The notes under the pieces are model-generated. The model did no database searches, was not told where the DNA came from, and saw only the letters and a program-made list of their open reading frames with translations. Position numbers and translations under genes: made by a program. Shown here piece after piece: positions 49,327 to 58,900 of a stretch of DNA of 64,000 nt. The stretch comes from a bacterium (lineage in GTDB: Bacteria > UBA8248 > JACPRG01 > G963555815). Location of the stretch: contig CAUVWX020000002.1 in NCBI GenBank assembly GCA_963555815.3, forward strand, positions 416,001 through 480,000, given 5' to 3'. Each line of letters begins with the position of its first letter. Within the stretch, counting starts at the first letter, position 1.

Positions 49327-49857
49327 TTAAGATTCCTGACTGCGATCTTCAGGCGCAGCTTTAGAGGTTTCCGTCTCAGCAGGGGCCTCCTCTCCCTCTA
49401 AGGCCTCCGGCGGGCTCTCCCGAACCACCCCCACCTGAAGAGTCGCCTCCACCTCGGGGTGGACCTTGATGGGCACCTGAAAGACCCCCAGAGACCGGAT
49501 GGGCTCCTTCAGGATGATCTTGCGCCGATTCAGGGTCACCCCCTCTTTGGCTGCGGCCTCGGCGATGTCCTGAGAGGTGACAGATCCATAGAGGCGTTCC
49601 CCCTCCCCGACCTTCTTTGGGATTTGCAACGAGAGTTTCTCAAGTTGCTGGGCAAATTCTTGAGCGGCCCCTTTCGCTTTCTTCAGGCGATCCGTTTGTA
49701 GTCGACGCTCGTGTTCAATGGTCTTGAGGTTCTTCTGGGTCGCCTGGATCGCCACCCCCCTGGGAAGAAGATAGTTCCTTCCGTACCCATCGGCCACCTC
49801 CACGAGGTCCCCAATGTCGCCCAGGCTTTCCACCTCTTCAACAAGGATTATCTTCAT
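49327..49857 (-). CDS. rplI: 50S ribosomal protein L9
   Basis: LGDIGDLVEVADGYGRNYLLP, LYGSVT. Confidence 0.97.
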   Translation of the reverse strand: MKIILVEEVESLGDIGDLVEVADGYGRNYLLPRGVAIQATQKNLKTIEHERRLQTDRLKKAKGAAQEFAQQLEKLSLQIPKKVGEGERLYGSVTSQDIAEAAAKEGVTLNRRKIILKEPIRSLGVFQVPIKVHPEVEATLQVGVVRESPPEALEGEEAPAETETSKAAPEDRSQES

Positions 49858-50825
49858 CTTTCTTCTCCTCCGTGGGCTTGCTCAGTCGAGGGCACGCGGA
49901 TTTTCCGAAAGTCCATCCAGAGGTCAAAAAGACCCGCGGCAGCTAAGAGATAGGGCATGAGCAAGCCGACGAGATAGACCGGTACGCGGAAGGGTACCAT
50001 CACCCCCCGCTGCTTGAAGAGGTGATGGAGGACGGCGATCCCCTGGAGAAAGTAGCCGAATAAAAGGAGAATGAATCCATTCCACCCGACCCAGAAGGTG
50101 GCTTCCCAGGGAAGGAGGAGGCTGGCCGCAAAGACGATCAGGAGCCACACCGCCCGCTCGGGCATTCCCCATTGGGAGAAGTCTTGCGAAGGGAAAAGGG
50201 CTCGCCCCCCGCGCCGGATCCAAAACCACCGGATGACCATGTAATTCACGAGCGATACCCACAGGAAATTCAAAAAGGTGATGGCCGGAAGAGAGCGCCA
50301 CAGGAGGCGGGCAACCAATTCCCCTCCCGCGCCCCCACCCGGGCGAGCCGTTCCCTCCAGGACAACGCTCGTCTCAACTCGAAAAAGGTCCACCAAGGCC
50401 CCCCCCGATCCCCCCCAATGCAACAAGAGGGCAATGGCGGCCAGGATAAGCGCCGGACTTAAGCTGATCAGCACAACGCGCTCGACAGAGGCCCGGATGC
50501 GGATCCCCTCGCTGAGAAGGACAACAAGGGGCGCCATAAGGAGGAGAAACTTGAGGCCCACGCTCAACCCCGTCAGTCCCACCAGGGCGAAGAACACCAG
50601 GCCCAAGGTCACCGTGCCCGCCCTGCGGCCCCCTCGAAGATAGGCGTGGATCGCCGGGGCAGGGGCGAAGAGGCCCAGAACACCCCCCAAGATGGGTCCA
50701 AACTGTGACGAGAGGAGGAGGAGGAGGGTGAGGATGGCCTGCGGGATGACGCAGGTCGCCCACGCCTGGAGGGTCTCCCGCATAGGACTTACTCCATCGC
50801 CAAGCCCTCGGGAAGAAACCATCAT
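49854..50825 (-). CDS. YybS/DUF2232 membrane protein
   Basis: Polytopic; YFLQGIAV, GLFDLWMDFRK; sits between rpsR and rplI. Confidence 0.85.
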   Translation of the reverse strand: MMVSSRGLGDGVSPMRETLQAWATCVIPQAILTLLLLLSSQFGPILGGVLGLFAPAPAIHAYLRGGRRAGTVTLGLVFFALVGLTGLSVGLKFLLLMAPLVVLLSEGIRIRASVERVVLISLSPALILAAIALLLHWGGSGGALVDLFRVETSVVLEGTARPGGGAGGELVARLLWRSLPAITFLNFLWVSLVNYMVIRWFWIRRGGRALFPSQDFSQWGMPERAVWLLIVFAASLLLPWEATFWVGWNGFILLLFGYFLQGIAVLHHLFKQRGVMVPFRVPVYLVGLLMPYLLAAAGLFDLWMDFRKIRVPSTEQAHGGEER

Positions 50826-50844
50826 CGCCCTCCGGGAGTAGCCT

Positions 50845-51105
50845 TCACTGGCGCTCGACGGTGAAGGGCATGAGGGCTATGTTTCGGGAGCGTTTGACGG
50901 CCACCGTAAGCTGGCGCTGGTGGCGGGCGCAGTTTCCTGAGATCCGTCGGGAGATGATCTTCCCCCGCTCAGTGATAAGGCCTCGAAGGCTTCGGACATC
51001 CTTGTAATCGATGTACGGATGCTTGTCGGCACAGAAGCGGCAGATCTTTTTTCTCAGAAAGCGCTTCTTCCGCTTCTTTAATATTTTCTTGGTCTTAAAC
51101 CTCAA
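50845..51105 (-). CDS. rpsR: 30S ribosomal protein S18 (Zn-ribbon form)
   Basis: CRFC, IDYKD, ERGKI, CARHQR. Confidence 0.96.
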   Translation of the reverse strand: MRFKTKKILKKRKKRFLRKKICRFCADKHPYIDYKDVRSLRGLITERGKIISRRISGNCARHQRQLTVAVKRSRNIALMPFTVERQ

Positions 51106-51117
51106 AGGGCAAACCTC

Positions 51118-51534
51118 CTAAAAGGGGATGTCATCCTCCCCCGGAGCAGGACTTTCGGGGGACCCAGCAGCAGGACTTTCGGGGGACCCAGCAGCGGGCC
51201 GATCCCCGGATCGGGGCATAAATTGAACAGACTGGGCCACCACCTCGTGCTTGCTGCGCTTGACGCCGTCCTCTCCCTCCCAGGTTCGGTACTGAAGCCG
51301 CCCCTCAACGAGGGTGAGGCGGCCCTTGGCAAGATATTCCCCCACCAACTCAGCCTGGCGGCCGAAGGCCACCACATCCACAAAGCAGGTCTCCTCCCGT
51401 TTCTCCTCCCCCTGACGGAAGCGACGGTTCACGGCCAGGCCGAATGTGGCCACGGGAGTCCCCTGGGGGGTATAACGAAGCTCTGGATCCCTCGTCAGGT
51501 TTCCCATCAAGATAATCCGGTTGTAACTGGCCAT
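51118..51534 (-). CDS. ssb: Single-stranded DNA-binding protein
   Basis: GNLTRDPELRYTP, VEGRL, C-terminal DDIPF. Confidence 0.97.
   Translation of the reverse strand: MASYNRIILMGNLTRDPELRYTPQGTPVATFGLAVNRRFRQGEEKREETCFVDVVAFGRQAELVGEYLAKGRLTLVEGRLQYRTWEGEDGVKRSKHEVVAQSVQFMPRSGDRPAAGSPESPAAGSPESPAPGEDDIPF
51145..51192. repeat. Perfect 24-bp tandem duplication in the ssb linker
   Basis: AGCAGGACTTTCGGGGGACCCAGC x2. Confidence 0.95.
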
Positions 51535-51565
51535 GGTCCCGGTCTCTCGGGGGGGAGTGCCTCAA

Positions 51566-52072
51566 TTAGGGAGAGGACTCGGCCTCCGCCTCCTTCTCAG
51601 ACTCTCGGTGCGGCTCAACCAACTGCGCACTCTCGGCGGATTTCTCTTGAGGATCTTTCTCTGACTTCTCTTGAGGATCTTTCTCTAACTTGGCCGGCGG
51701 CTGATGAACTCCCTCCGCCCCGCCGCGCTCTGATTCAGGCCGTTCCCGAACCGGCTCCGCGTGGAGTTCGGCCGGCGTGGTGATGCCAGCTCGCACCCGG
51801 ACCGTCATGTATTTCAGGACAGCCTCCGTGATCTTGAGGTGACGCTCTAGCTCCTTCAGCACAGCGGACTCCGCTCGGTAGCGAAGGAGGACATAATAGC
51901 CGTAACGATTCCTCTTGATTTCGTAGGCGAGGCGCTTTTTCCCCCACCGCTCTGAATTACTCAGTTCGCCCCCTCCGCCGGTGACAATCTGCTCAGCGGC
52001 CTCAACCCGCCGTGTGATCTCCTCCTCCTCCAGGTCTGGCTGGAGGATGAAGACGCTTTCGTAATAACCCAT
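51566..52072 (-). CDS. rpsF: 30S ribosomal protein S6 with acidic tail
   Basis: YESVFILQP, WGKKRLAYEI, GYYVL. Confidence 0.96.
   Translation of the reverse strand: MGYYESVFILQPDLEEEEITRRVEAAEQIVTGGGGELSNSERWGKKRLAYEIKRNRYGYYVLLRYRAESAVLKELERHLKITEAVLKYMTVRVRAGITTPAELHAEPVRERPESERGGAEGVHQPPAKLEKDPQEKSEKDPQEKSAESAQLVEPHRESEKEAEAESSP
51642..51689. repeat. 24-bp tandem duplication in the rpsF tail
   Basis: TTCTCTTGAGGATCTTTCTCTRAC x2. Confidence 0.9.
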
Positions 52073-52090
52073 CCCGATAGCTCCTTCGAA

Positions 52091-52765
52091 TCAGGGGGAG
52101 AACAGGCGCGCCGTCACCAGGGAGACAATGGCCGCGAGCTTCACGCGCACCGGGGAACGCCCCCGTCCTTGCTCTGAGTTAACAGGTTCCCGGTCCCACA
52201 GGCGTACCAGCTCTTCCACCCGCCCCAGCCCCCGAGCGAGGATGTCGGGAAGTTCCGCCGACTCCTCCTCCGCAAAGGGAGCCAGGACATATTCCGCCGC
52301 CTGCTGGGCTTCAAGGGGCCGACCCAGGCCGATGCGAAGCCGGGTAAATTGCCTCGTCCCCAGGGACTCTATCACAGACCGGACACCCAGATGGCCGGCG
52401 TCCCCTCCACTCCGCTTTACACGAAGACGCCCCCAGGCGATGTCAAAGTCGTCGTGGATGAGCAAAAGCTCCGCCGGCGAGAGACCCAGGGCCTTCATCA
52501 GAGTCCCTACGACGGGGCCGCTCCGATTCATGAAAGTCTGGGGCTTGGCCAGAATGACCTTCCGGCCACAAAGAGAGCCATTGCCCTTCAGAGCACCACG
52601 GCCCTTTTGCCGAACTGAGATTTGGTGTCGACTGCCGATCTCGTCCAGGAGGAGAAATCCGACATTATGTCGGGTCGTCTCGTATGGAGGTTCTGGATTC
52701 CCAAGGCCGACGATGAGAAGGGGGGCCTCAGACGCTTTGCGGGCAGAGGGGCCGAAACGGCTCAA
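52091..52765 (-). CDS. pth: Peptidyl-tRNA hydrolase
   Basis: GLGNP, TRHNVGF, KPQTFMNRSG, HDD, GHLG, RLRIG. Confidence 0.93.
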   Translation of the reverse strand: MSRFGPSARKASEAPLLIVGLGNPEPPYETTRHNVGFLLLDEIGSRHQISVRQKGRGALKGNGSLCGRKVILAKPQTFMNRSGPVVGTLMKALGLSPAELLLIHDDFDIAWGRLRVKRSGGDAGHLGVRSVIESLGTRQFTRLRIGLGRPLEAQQAAEYVLAPFAEEESAELPDILARGLGRVEELVRLWDREPVNSEQGRGRSPVRVKLAAIVSLVTARLFSP

Positions 52766-53487
52766 TCCCCCTTGGCCTCCTTCCCCCCTTTGGCTTCCTT
52801 GCCAGCCTTGGCCTCCTTTCCGCCAGGCTCCTCGGCACCCTCCTTAGGTGGGGGCTTCTCTTCCCCAGCGGCGGCAGCCTCACCTTCCGCCACCTCCTCA
52901 ACGGGCGCAGCGACAACCTCCTCGGCCACCACCGAGATACTGGCCACGGCCTCACTCGGGTCATTCAGAACGGTCACTTCAGCGGGAACGGCAATATCGC
53001 TGACGTGGAGCGCTTGGCCGATCTCAAGGTTCTCCACATCGGCTGTAACGGACTTCGGGATGTGGATGGGAAGACACCGCACCTTGAGCGCATTCACCTG
53101 CTGGGAGAGAAGGGTCCCCGTCACCAGAACCAGCACTTTTGGCTTTCCGGTCAGCTCAATCGGAACCTCGACCTCCACCTCTTTCTCCATGGAGATTCGC
53201 ACCAGATCCGCGTGTAGGAGGTCGCCTCGAATCGGGTCCATCTGAAGCTCCCGAACCATGACGGTCCGATCCTTAGATTCCTCTCCAGCCACCTGGAGCT
53301 TCATTAGGGCGTTTTCCCCCGCCTCGGTCCGAAGCGCCTGCCTAAGCTCTTTGGCGTCTAAGGCCAACGGGAGGTTCTCCCCTTCTCCATACATGATAGC
53401 CGGAATGAAACCCCTTCTGCGAAGCCGTCGGGCAAACCCTTTGCCCCGCCCCTCACGATTCTCCGCTTTCAGGAAAAGCTCCTCCAA
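52762..53487 (-). CDS. rplY: 50S ribosomal protein L25/CTC
   Basis: GKGFARRLRR..IPAIMYG, LHAD; (G)KEAK repeats in the tail. Confidence 0.94.
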   Translation of the reverse strand: MEELFLKAENREGRGKGFARRLRRRGFIPAIMYGEGENLPLALDAKELRQALRTEAGENALMKLQVAGEESKDRTVMVRELQMDPIRGDLLHADLVRISMEKEVEVEVPIELTGKPKVLVLVTGTLLSQQVNALKVRCLPIHIPKSVTADVENLEIGQALHVSDIAVPAEVTVLNDPSEAVASISVVAEEVVAAPVEEVAEGEAAAAGEEKPPPKEGAEEPGGKEAKAGKEAKGGKEAKGD

Positions 53488-53497
53488 GACCCCTCCT

Positions 53498-54445
53498 TTA
53501 CACGAATAGTGAACTCACCGAGGACTCGCTGTGGATTCGCTGAACCGCCTCCCCCAAGAGACGGGCGACGGAGAGGACTCGGATGCGGGGACACTCCTGA
53601 GCACGGGGGCTCAAGGGGATGGTGTCCGTCACCAGGACCTCCTTGAGTCCCGAGTCCTCAATCCGCTCAATGGCCTGACCCGAGAAAACAGCGTGAGTAC
53701 AACAGGCATAGACCGCCTTGGCCCCCCGGGTCACGAGTGCTCGCGCCCCCTCTGTCAGGGTCCCGGCCGTGTCGATCAGGTCGTCCACGATGAGGACATC
53801 CCGACCTTCGACCTCTCCGATAACATTCATCACTTGGGCAGCGTTGTCGTTCCCCCTCTCACGCCGTTTATCGATGATACCCAGGTCGCCGTTCAGGCGC
53901 TTGGCGAAGGCTCGAGCCCGCTCGACCCCCCCCGCGTCCGGAGAGAAAACACTCAGGTTCGACCAGGACCTCTCCCGGAAGTACTCGATCATGACCGGGG
54001 CGGCGAAAAGGTGGTCCACCGGAATATCGAAAAACCCCTGAATCTGACCTGCATGAAGATCCATGGAGAGGATTCGGTCAGCCCCAGCCGCACCCAGAAG
54101 ATTCGCCACCAGCTTCGCCGTGATAGGGACCCTCGGCTGGACCTTCCGGTCCTGGCGAGCGTAACCGAAATAGGGGATGACGGCTGTGATCCGCTGGGCC
54201 GAGGCCCGGCGGAAGGCGTCAATCATGATGAGGAGTTCCATCAGGTTGGCGTTGCTGGGGGTGCAGGTCGACTGGACGAGGAAACAGTCCCGACCCCGGA
54301 CATTTTCTTGGATTTGGACGGAGATCTCGCCATCGCTGAAGTCCGTGATCTGGACCTCCCCGATGGAAGTCCCCAGATAGGCTGACATTCCTTCGGTCAG
54401 GCCTCTGCTGGCCCGGCCCGAAAATAGCTTCAGCTCGCCGTTCAT
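53498..54445 (-). CDS. prs: Ribose-phosphate pyrophosphokinase
   Basis: FSDGE, PYFGYARQDRK, DLHAGQIQGFF, DDLIDTAGT. Confidence 0.97.
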   Translation of the reverse strand: MNGELKLFSGRASRGLTEGMSAYLGTSIGEVQITDFSDGEISVQIQENVRGRDCFLVQSTCTPSNANLMELLIMIDAFRRASAQRITAVIPYFGYARQDRKVQPRVPITAKLVANLLGAAGADRILSMDLHAGQIQGFFDIPVDHLFAAPVMIEYFRERSWSNLSVFSPDAGGVERARAFAKRLNGDLGIIDKRRERGNDNAAQVMNVIGEVEGRDVLIVDDLIDTAGTLTEGARALVTRGAKAVYACCTHAVFSGQAIERIEDSGLKEVLVTDTIPLSPRAQECPRIRVLSVARLLGEAVQRIHSESSVSSLFV

Positions 54446-54475
54446 CTAAAGCGCCTCAAATCCTTCTGCGATTTC

Positions 54476-54550
54476 TGGTTGGGGCGGGAGGATTCGAACC
54501 TCCGAATGCTGGATCCAAAATCCAGTGCCTTGCCACTTGGCGACGCCCCA
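54476..54550 (-). tRNA. tRNA-Gln(TTG)
   Basis: Minus strand TGGGGCGTCGCCAAGTGGCAAGGC...TTTGGAT...GGTTCGAATCC...CCA; usual ispE-prs position. Confidence 0.96.
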
Positions 54551-54577
54551 ATCCGGCTCGCCGCCCCACGGGCCCCT

Positions 54578-54885
54578 TTAGAAAGGAGCCGGCTCCTCCT
54601 TGGGGGCGAGAGACCCTGTGGGGTCTCCCCGCCTCTGCAACGTTTGCCGATATTCGCTCAGCACCCGGTCCTCACTCATCCGGCGGGTTTCAGTGTTGGG
54701 GGGATGGGCCGTGTCCTTAAACACACCATCCTCTCGCCTGCGGCTGGGCATGGCAACAAACAGCCCGTTCGTCTCTTCAATGATCTTCAAATCGTGAACC
54801 ACAAAGCAGTGGTCGAAGGTGATGCCCACATAGGCCTTAGCCTTATCTTCCTCGATAGGATGGACTCCACCTCGGCGATCTCCAT
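54578..54885 (-). pseudogene. spoVG: SpoVG, frameshifted and degenerate
   Basis: MEIAEV, then 1-nt loss near 54867, then VHPIEEDKAKAYVGITFDHCFVVHDLKII..GLFVAMPS..TAHP. Confidence 0.85.
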
Positions 54886-54939
54886 CTCCCTTCACCACCC
54901 TCCCGGGACTCGTCAACCTCACAGACCCAGCCCTCACGA

Positions 54940-55818
54940 CTAGGGGCCAAAGGTCTTTTGACGGCCGCTGAGCGTCCTCGTCAGCCAGCACTCACAACTC
55001 GGGTGGCGTAAACTCCGAACGGCCCGGATTGCTGAAGTGGGGTTCGAGAAGAGGCCGTAGACACTGGGCCCACTTCCCGTCATGGATGTAAACTTAGCCC
55101 CCTCCGCCGCCAACCGTCCCCTGAGTTCCTTAATAACGGGGTGGACCGCTGCTACCACCTCCTCCAAGTCATTTGACCAGCGGTCCTTCGGGATCGCTGA
55201 GAGATCCATCGGTGGAGAATAAATAGTAGGACTCCTCCCCTTCTCTGTCAACCTTAATTTTAGCGTTTCATACGCCCAACGTGTTGAAATCATTATCCGT
55301 GGCGTCACGATGACGACTGGGCTCGACGGCTCAGGGTCCACCCCCGTCAGCCGCTCTCCCCGCCCCTCCCCCAGAGCCCTGGGGCCCTCGAGAAAGAAGG
55401 GCACATCTGTGCCCACTTTCTCAGCCAGGAATTTCAGCTCCTCCTTTGAGAGACCCCCATTCCAGAGCCGGTTCAGCCCCCACAGAGTGGCCGCAGCGTC
55501 GGAGCTCCCACCGCCTAGCCCCGCCTCCATGGGGATCCGCTTCTCGATGTAAATCGAAACCCCACCCCGAGTGCCCATGTGATCGAAGAACAGGCAAGCC
55601 GCCCGATGGGCCAGATTCTCTGGTCCGTCGGGGACATCGGGATGAGAACAGTAAACCCGAGTCCCCCCCGGCCGGCGACACAGGGTCAGCCGGTCTCTCA
55701 GGTCCACCATCTGAAGGAGGGTTGAAACCTCATGATATCCGTCTTTCCGACGGCCGAGAACCCGAAGCCAAAGGTTAATCTTGGCGGGTGGAAAAAGGAT
55801 CAGAACCTCAAGGGACAT
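54940..55818 (-). CDS. ispE: 4-diphosphocytidyl-2-C-methyl-D-erythritol kinase
   Basis: PAKINL, DGYHE, IPMEAGLGGGSSDAA, NDLE, MTGSG. Confidence 0.95.
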   Translation of the reverse strand: MSLEVLILFPPAKINLWLRVLGRRKDGYHEVSTLLQMVDLRDRLTLCRRPGGTRVYCSHPDVPDGPENLAHRAACLFFDHMGTRGGVSIYIEKRIPMEAGLGGGSSDAAATLWGLNRLWNGGLSKEELKFLAEKVGTDVPFFLEGPRALGEGRGERLTGVDPEPSSPVVIVTPRIMISTRWAYETLKLRLTEKGRSPTIYSPPMDLSAIPKDRWSNDLEEVVAAVHPVIKELRGRLAAEGAKFTSMTGSGPSVYGLFSNPTSAIRAVRSLRHPSCECWLTRTLSGRQKTFGP

Positions 55819-56626
55819 GGGGAGAATTGCGGTCGATGGAGACGACCTCCGCCCCTTCGGGGATTGGGAGGTGAAAGACCAGATCGGGGATCCCCTCGTT
55901 GACACGAAGGTTTTCATAGGTCACCCCAAAGGCTCGATGGCTTGAAGGGACCTGGATTCGGACCCTGCCCGGAAGAGGGATTCCCTCCACCTCCCGGTAA
56001 TCGTCATACTGCACCGCCAGGTGCGTCTTGCCACCCGGGCCTAAACCCTCCGCCCGAAGCGGATGAAGGGTGCGGGCATCGACCCACCACCTTCCAAAGG
56101 GTCCCCCGGGGGCGACGGATTCCAGTCGATAAGCGCCGGTCCTCTCTTCATAGGCAATGCGGAGGGACTCGGATGTTAAAAGCTTTGGCAGGTCTCCCCA
56201 GAGGAGAGAGACGATCTCCCCGGGCTCCACTGGGACCCCCAGCCAGAGAAAGATGTTTTCAGGCGTGGCCCTGCCCTGAAGATATTTTCCCTCCTGGGGG
56301 GAATAGACTGTCAGGGATTGGTTGTGGGAGATGATGTACAGGACGGGTTGCCCAAAGAAGCTCAGGGGTTCTATCCGAAGGGATTCTTCAGCTTTCAAGA
56401 GCAGGACGGCCCGGCCCGAGTAACGCTCTCTTGGCGAGTCCACTTCCACCTGGGCCCAAGCCTTCAGGTCCTTCAAACCCCTGCGCCGGCTCTTCAACTC
56501 CTCGTGCAGGGACAGGGGATCGGCAAGATAGCGCGCCGCCTCAGGGGGAGGGGGAATCCGAGGGGTCAGGGAAGCACAGCCCATCAGCCCAAGGCCCAGG
56601 GCCAATCCCAGGGAGCCCCCCCTCAC
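55808..56626 (-). CDS. LolB-like/DUF4292 lipoprotein
   Basis: Lipobox LMGC; LRIEPLSFFGQP; LolA/B-like pattern; located directly upstream of ispE. Confidence 0.65.
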   Translation of the reverse strand: MRGGSLGLALGLGLMGCASLTPRIPPPPEAARYLADPLSLHEELKSRRRGLKDLKAWAQVEVDSPRERYSGRAVLLLKAEESLRIEPLSFFGQPVLYIISHNQSLTVYSPQEGKYLQGRATPENIFLWLGVPVEPGEIVSLLWGDLPKLLTSESLRIAYEERTGAYRLESVAPGGPFGRWWVDARTLHPLRAEGLGPGGKTHLAVQYDDYREVEGIPLPGRVRIQVPSSHRAFGVTYENLRVNEGIPDLVFHLPIPEGAEVVSIDRNSPHVP

Positions 56627-58398
56627 TTCTTCTGCGCCTCTTGCAGAAGGACCTTGAGCCGGTTTAGTTTCTCTTTGACCTCGGTGTTCTCAGGGTCGTT
56701 TTCCAGAGATTGCTCCCAAGCCTTTTTGGCTTCGTCGAAACGCTCGAGATCAAAGTAGACGTCACCTAGATGGTCCAGGATGACGGGGTCATCGGGGATC
56801 GAGGAGGCCGCAAGCTCCAGCTGCTTCAGCGCCCGCTCGAGCCACCCCTTCTTGTAATAAGCCCAACCCAGGCTGTCGATGAAGGCCCCGCTATCCGGTT
56901 CGATCTCGAGCGCCCGCTCGATAAGGGCGATGGATTCATCCAGGTTAATCCCCTGCTCCGCCCACATGTAGCCCAGGAGGTTATTGGCGTTCGCGTTGTC
57001 CGGATCGAGCTCAAGCGTCTCCCTCATCGCCTCGGCGACATTCTCATAGTCCTTAAGATCGTAGTAGGCCACTCCCAAGTCAAAGTGGTAGCGCTCGCTC
57101 GCGGGCTCCAGTTCTATGGCCTTCTTGTATTCGGCTACGGCCTCGTGGTGTTTTTCTTGCCGCACCAGGTAGGCCCCAGCCAAATAAAAGCCCCGCGCAT
57201 CTTCGGGGGCAAGCTCCTGAAACTCCCGAAGGACCTTTTGGGCATCTTCTTGCCGTTCCAACCCCACCAGAATCCGGCTCATCAGCAGCCGGCTTTCCAG
57301 GGAATCGGGGTGCCGCTCAAAGAGGGCCTCCAACTCAGCCAAGGCCTCAGCAAGCCGGCCTCGTTCTTCATAGATCAGGACCACGGTCCTCCAGACAAAC
57401 TCGTCATCTGGCCGGGTTCTAAGAAAGAGGCGAAACTTCTCCAAGGCCCGTTGATAGTCCCGTCGCTCAAAGTAGAGAAAGCCCAGGGCTCGGTGAGCCA
57501 GGCTGCTATCGGATTGCCCCAGGCTGGGGACCTCCAATTCCCCCTCGGCCTCCGCCCCCTCCCCCTGGCTGCCGGAAAGCTGGTCCAGGCGGGCACGAAC
57601 CGGGCCATTTTGCGGGTTGACCAGGAGGGCCCTCTGATAGGCAAGGATCGCCTGGTGAACCTCGCCCCTGAGCTCATGGACCTCACCCATGCGGATGAGG
57701 GCCGGCTCAAAACGCGGAAGGATATTCAGCGCTGTCTGGAGAGAGCTCAGAGCTTCGTCATAGAGTTCGGTGCGGGCGTAGAGGTGGCCGAGAAAGAAAT
57801 GGGCGAAGGGGGAGCTGGGCTCGAGTCTGAGGAGGCCTTGAAAAACCTCAATGGACTTTCCGCTCTCCCCCACCTCAGAGAGGAGGGTGCCCAGATAGAG
57901 ATGGGCCTCTCGGGAATCAGGGTCAGCGTGAATGATCGCCTCATACTGGGTGATGGCATCTTCCCGACGCCTCAGCCCGGAGTAGATTCCTCCCAGCAGC
58001 TCTCGATTCGGCAGATGGTCTGGGGCCAGGCGAAGGGCCGCCTCCGCCTCGGAAAGGGCTCGCTCGATGGCCCCCTGGCGGAGGAGGGCCGAGGCCAGGG
58101 CCTGCCGCAAGACGGCCGAGTTGGGGTCTGCACGGACAGCCTGCTCATAGGAGCTAATCGCTTCTGCCTCATCGTCCTCAACATCTTTGAGAAGACCCTC
58201 AAGGTAATGAAAAATGGCCTCGGGGGGCTCTATTCCCTCGGCCGCAGAGAACTCCTCAGGAACACCCTCACGAGGAGTTTCCCCCCCTCCATTAGAGGGG
58301 CCCGCCCAGAACTCCGAGGAGAGAAGTGAGGTACAACCCACCCCCAACAGGAGAAGACCGGCCACCAGGAGGAAAGAAGACACCGTTCCTTTATTCAT
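56623..58398 (-). CDS. TPR lipoprotein
   Basis: Lipobox GVGC; many TPRs; NLLGYMWAE..DSLGWAYY..DHLGD C-terminus. Confidence 0.9.
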   Translation of the reverse strand: MNKGTVSSFLLVAGLLLLGVGCTSLLSSEFWAGPSNGGGETPREGVPEEFSAAEGIEPPEAIFHYLEGLLKDVEDDEAEAISSYEQAVRADPNSAVLRQALASALLRQGAIERALSEAEAALRLAPDHLPNRELLGGIYSGLRRREDAITQYEAIIHADPDSREAHLYLGTLLSEVGESGKSIEVFQGLLRLEPSSPFAHFFLGHLYARTELYDEALSSLQTALNILPRFEPALIRMGEVHELRGEVHQAILAYQRALLVNPQNGPVRARLDQLSGSQGEGAEAEGELEVPSLGQSDSSLAHRALGFLYFERRDYQRALEKFRLFLRTRPDDEFVWRTVVLIYEERGRLAEALAELEALFERHPDSLESRLLMSRILVGLERQEDAQKVLREFQELAPEDARGFYLAGAYLVRQEKHHEAVAEYKKAIELEPASERYHFDLGVAYYDLKDYENVAEAMRETLELDPDNANANNLLGYMWAEQGINLDESIALIERALEIEPDSGAFIDSLGWAYYKKGWLERALKQLELAASSIPDDPVILDHLGDVYFDLERFDEAKKAWEQSLENDPENTEVKEKLNRLKVLLQEAQKK

Positions 58399-58898
58399 CT
58401 CAGTTCCTTCATCCGCCGCTCTAACTCTCCCCGAAGCAGGGCCCGGCGTACTTGCTGTCGGGTCTCCGGATCCTGAAGAATCTCGAGCTCACGGTCTAGC
58501 GCCTTGACGTCGGGATCTTTGAGGGTGATCCCCTCAGCCGCGATCCGCCTTGCGTCCTCTGAAGTCGCAGACCCACTGCTAGGAAAATCGTGGGGGGAGG
58601 AAACGATGGGACCCAGGTTGAAGAAGATCCTGTCGATAGCCTCTTCTCCCACGACCGCGTTCAGCCGGACGCGAATGTCCTCTCGCATGAGGTTCAGCTG
58701 CTGCATCCAGACCGAGTCTCGAACGCGGACATAAAGGGTCTTGCTGCGCACCTCAACCGGTCGTGCCACGCGGACTACGGCCTCCCCCACCACTTCGTCC
58801 CAATGCCGGAGGACTTCCTGGCGAGCGAGTCCCTGCCCCCAAGGGGTTTTCTCTTGAAGCCTTGCGAGGACACGGCCCACAGAAGAAAACCGACCCAT
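58395..58898 (-). CDS. dciA: DciA/DUF721 helicase loader family protein
   Basis: WDEVVGE..ARP..LYVRVRDSVWMQQL. Confidence 0.82.
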   Translation of the reverse strand: MGRFSSVGRVLARLQEKTPWGQGLARQEVLRHWDEVVGEAVVRVARPVEVRSKTLYVRVRDSVWMQQLNLMREDIRVRLNAVVGEEAIDRIFFNLGPIVSSPHDFPSSGSATSEDARRIAAEGITLKDPDVKALDRELEILQDPETRQQVRRALLRGELERRMKELR

Positions 58899-58900
58899 CC

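Noticed and set aside
51145..51689. 24-bp repeats as a CRISPR-like array
   Set aside because: Only two adjacent copies each, no spacers, inside coding tails, no cas genes
56770..58329. Long antisense ORFs (519 aa here; also 34062-35429 and 29608-30765)
   Set aside because: They are shadows of real genes on the other strand, expected at high GC, with no recognisable motifs
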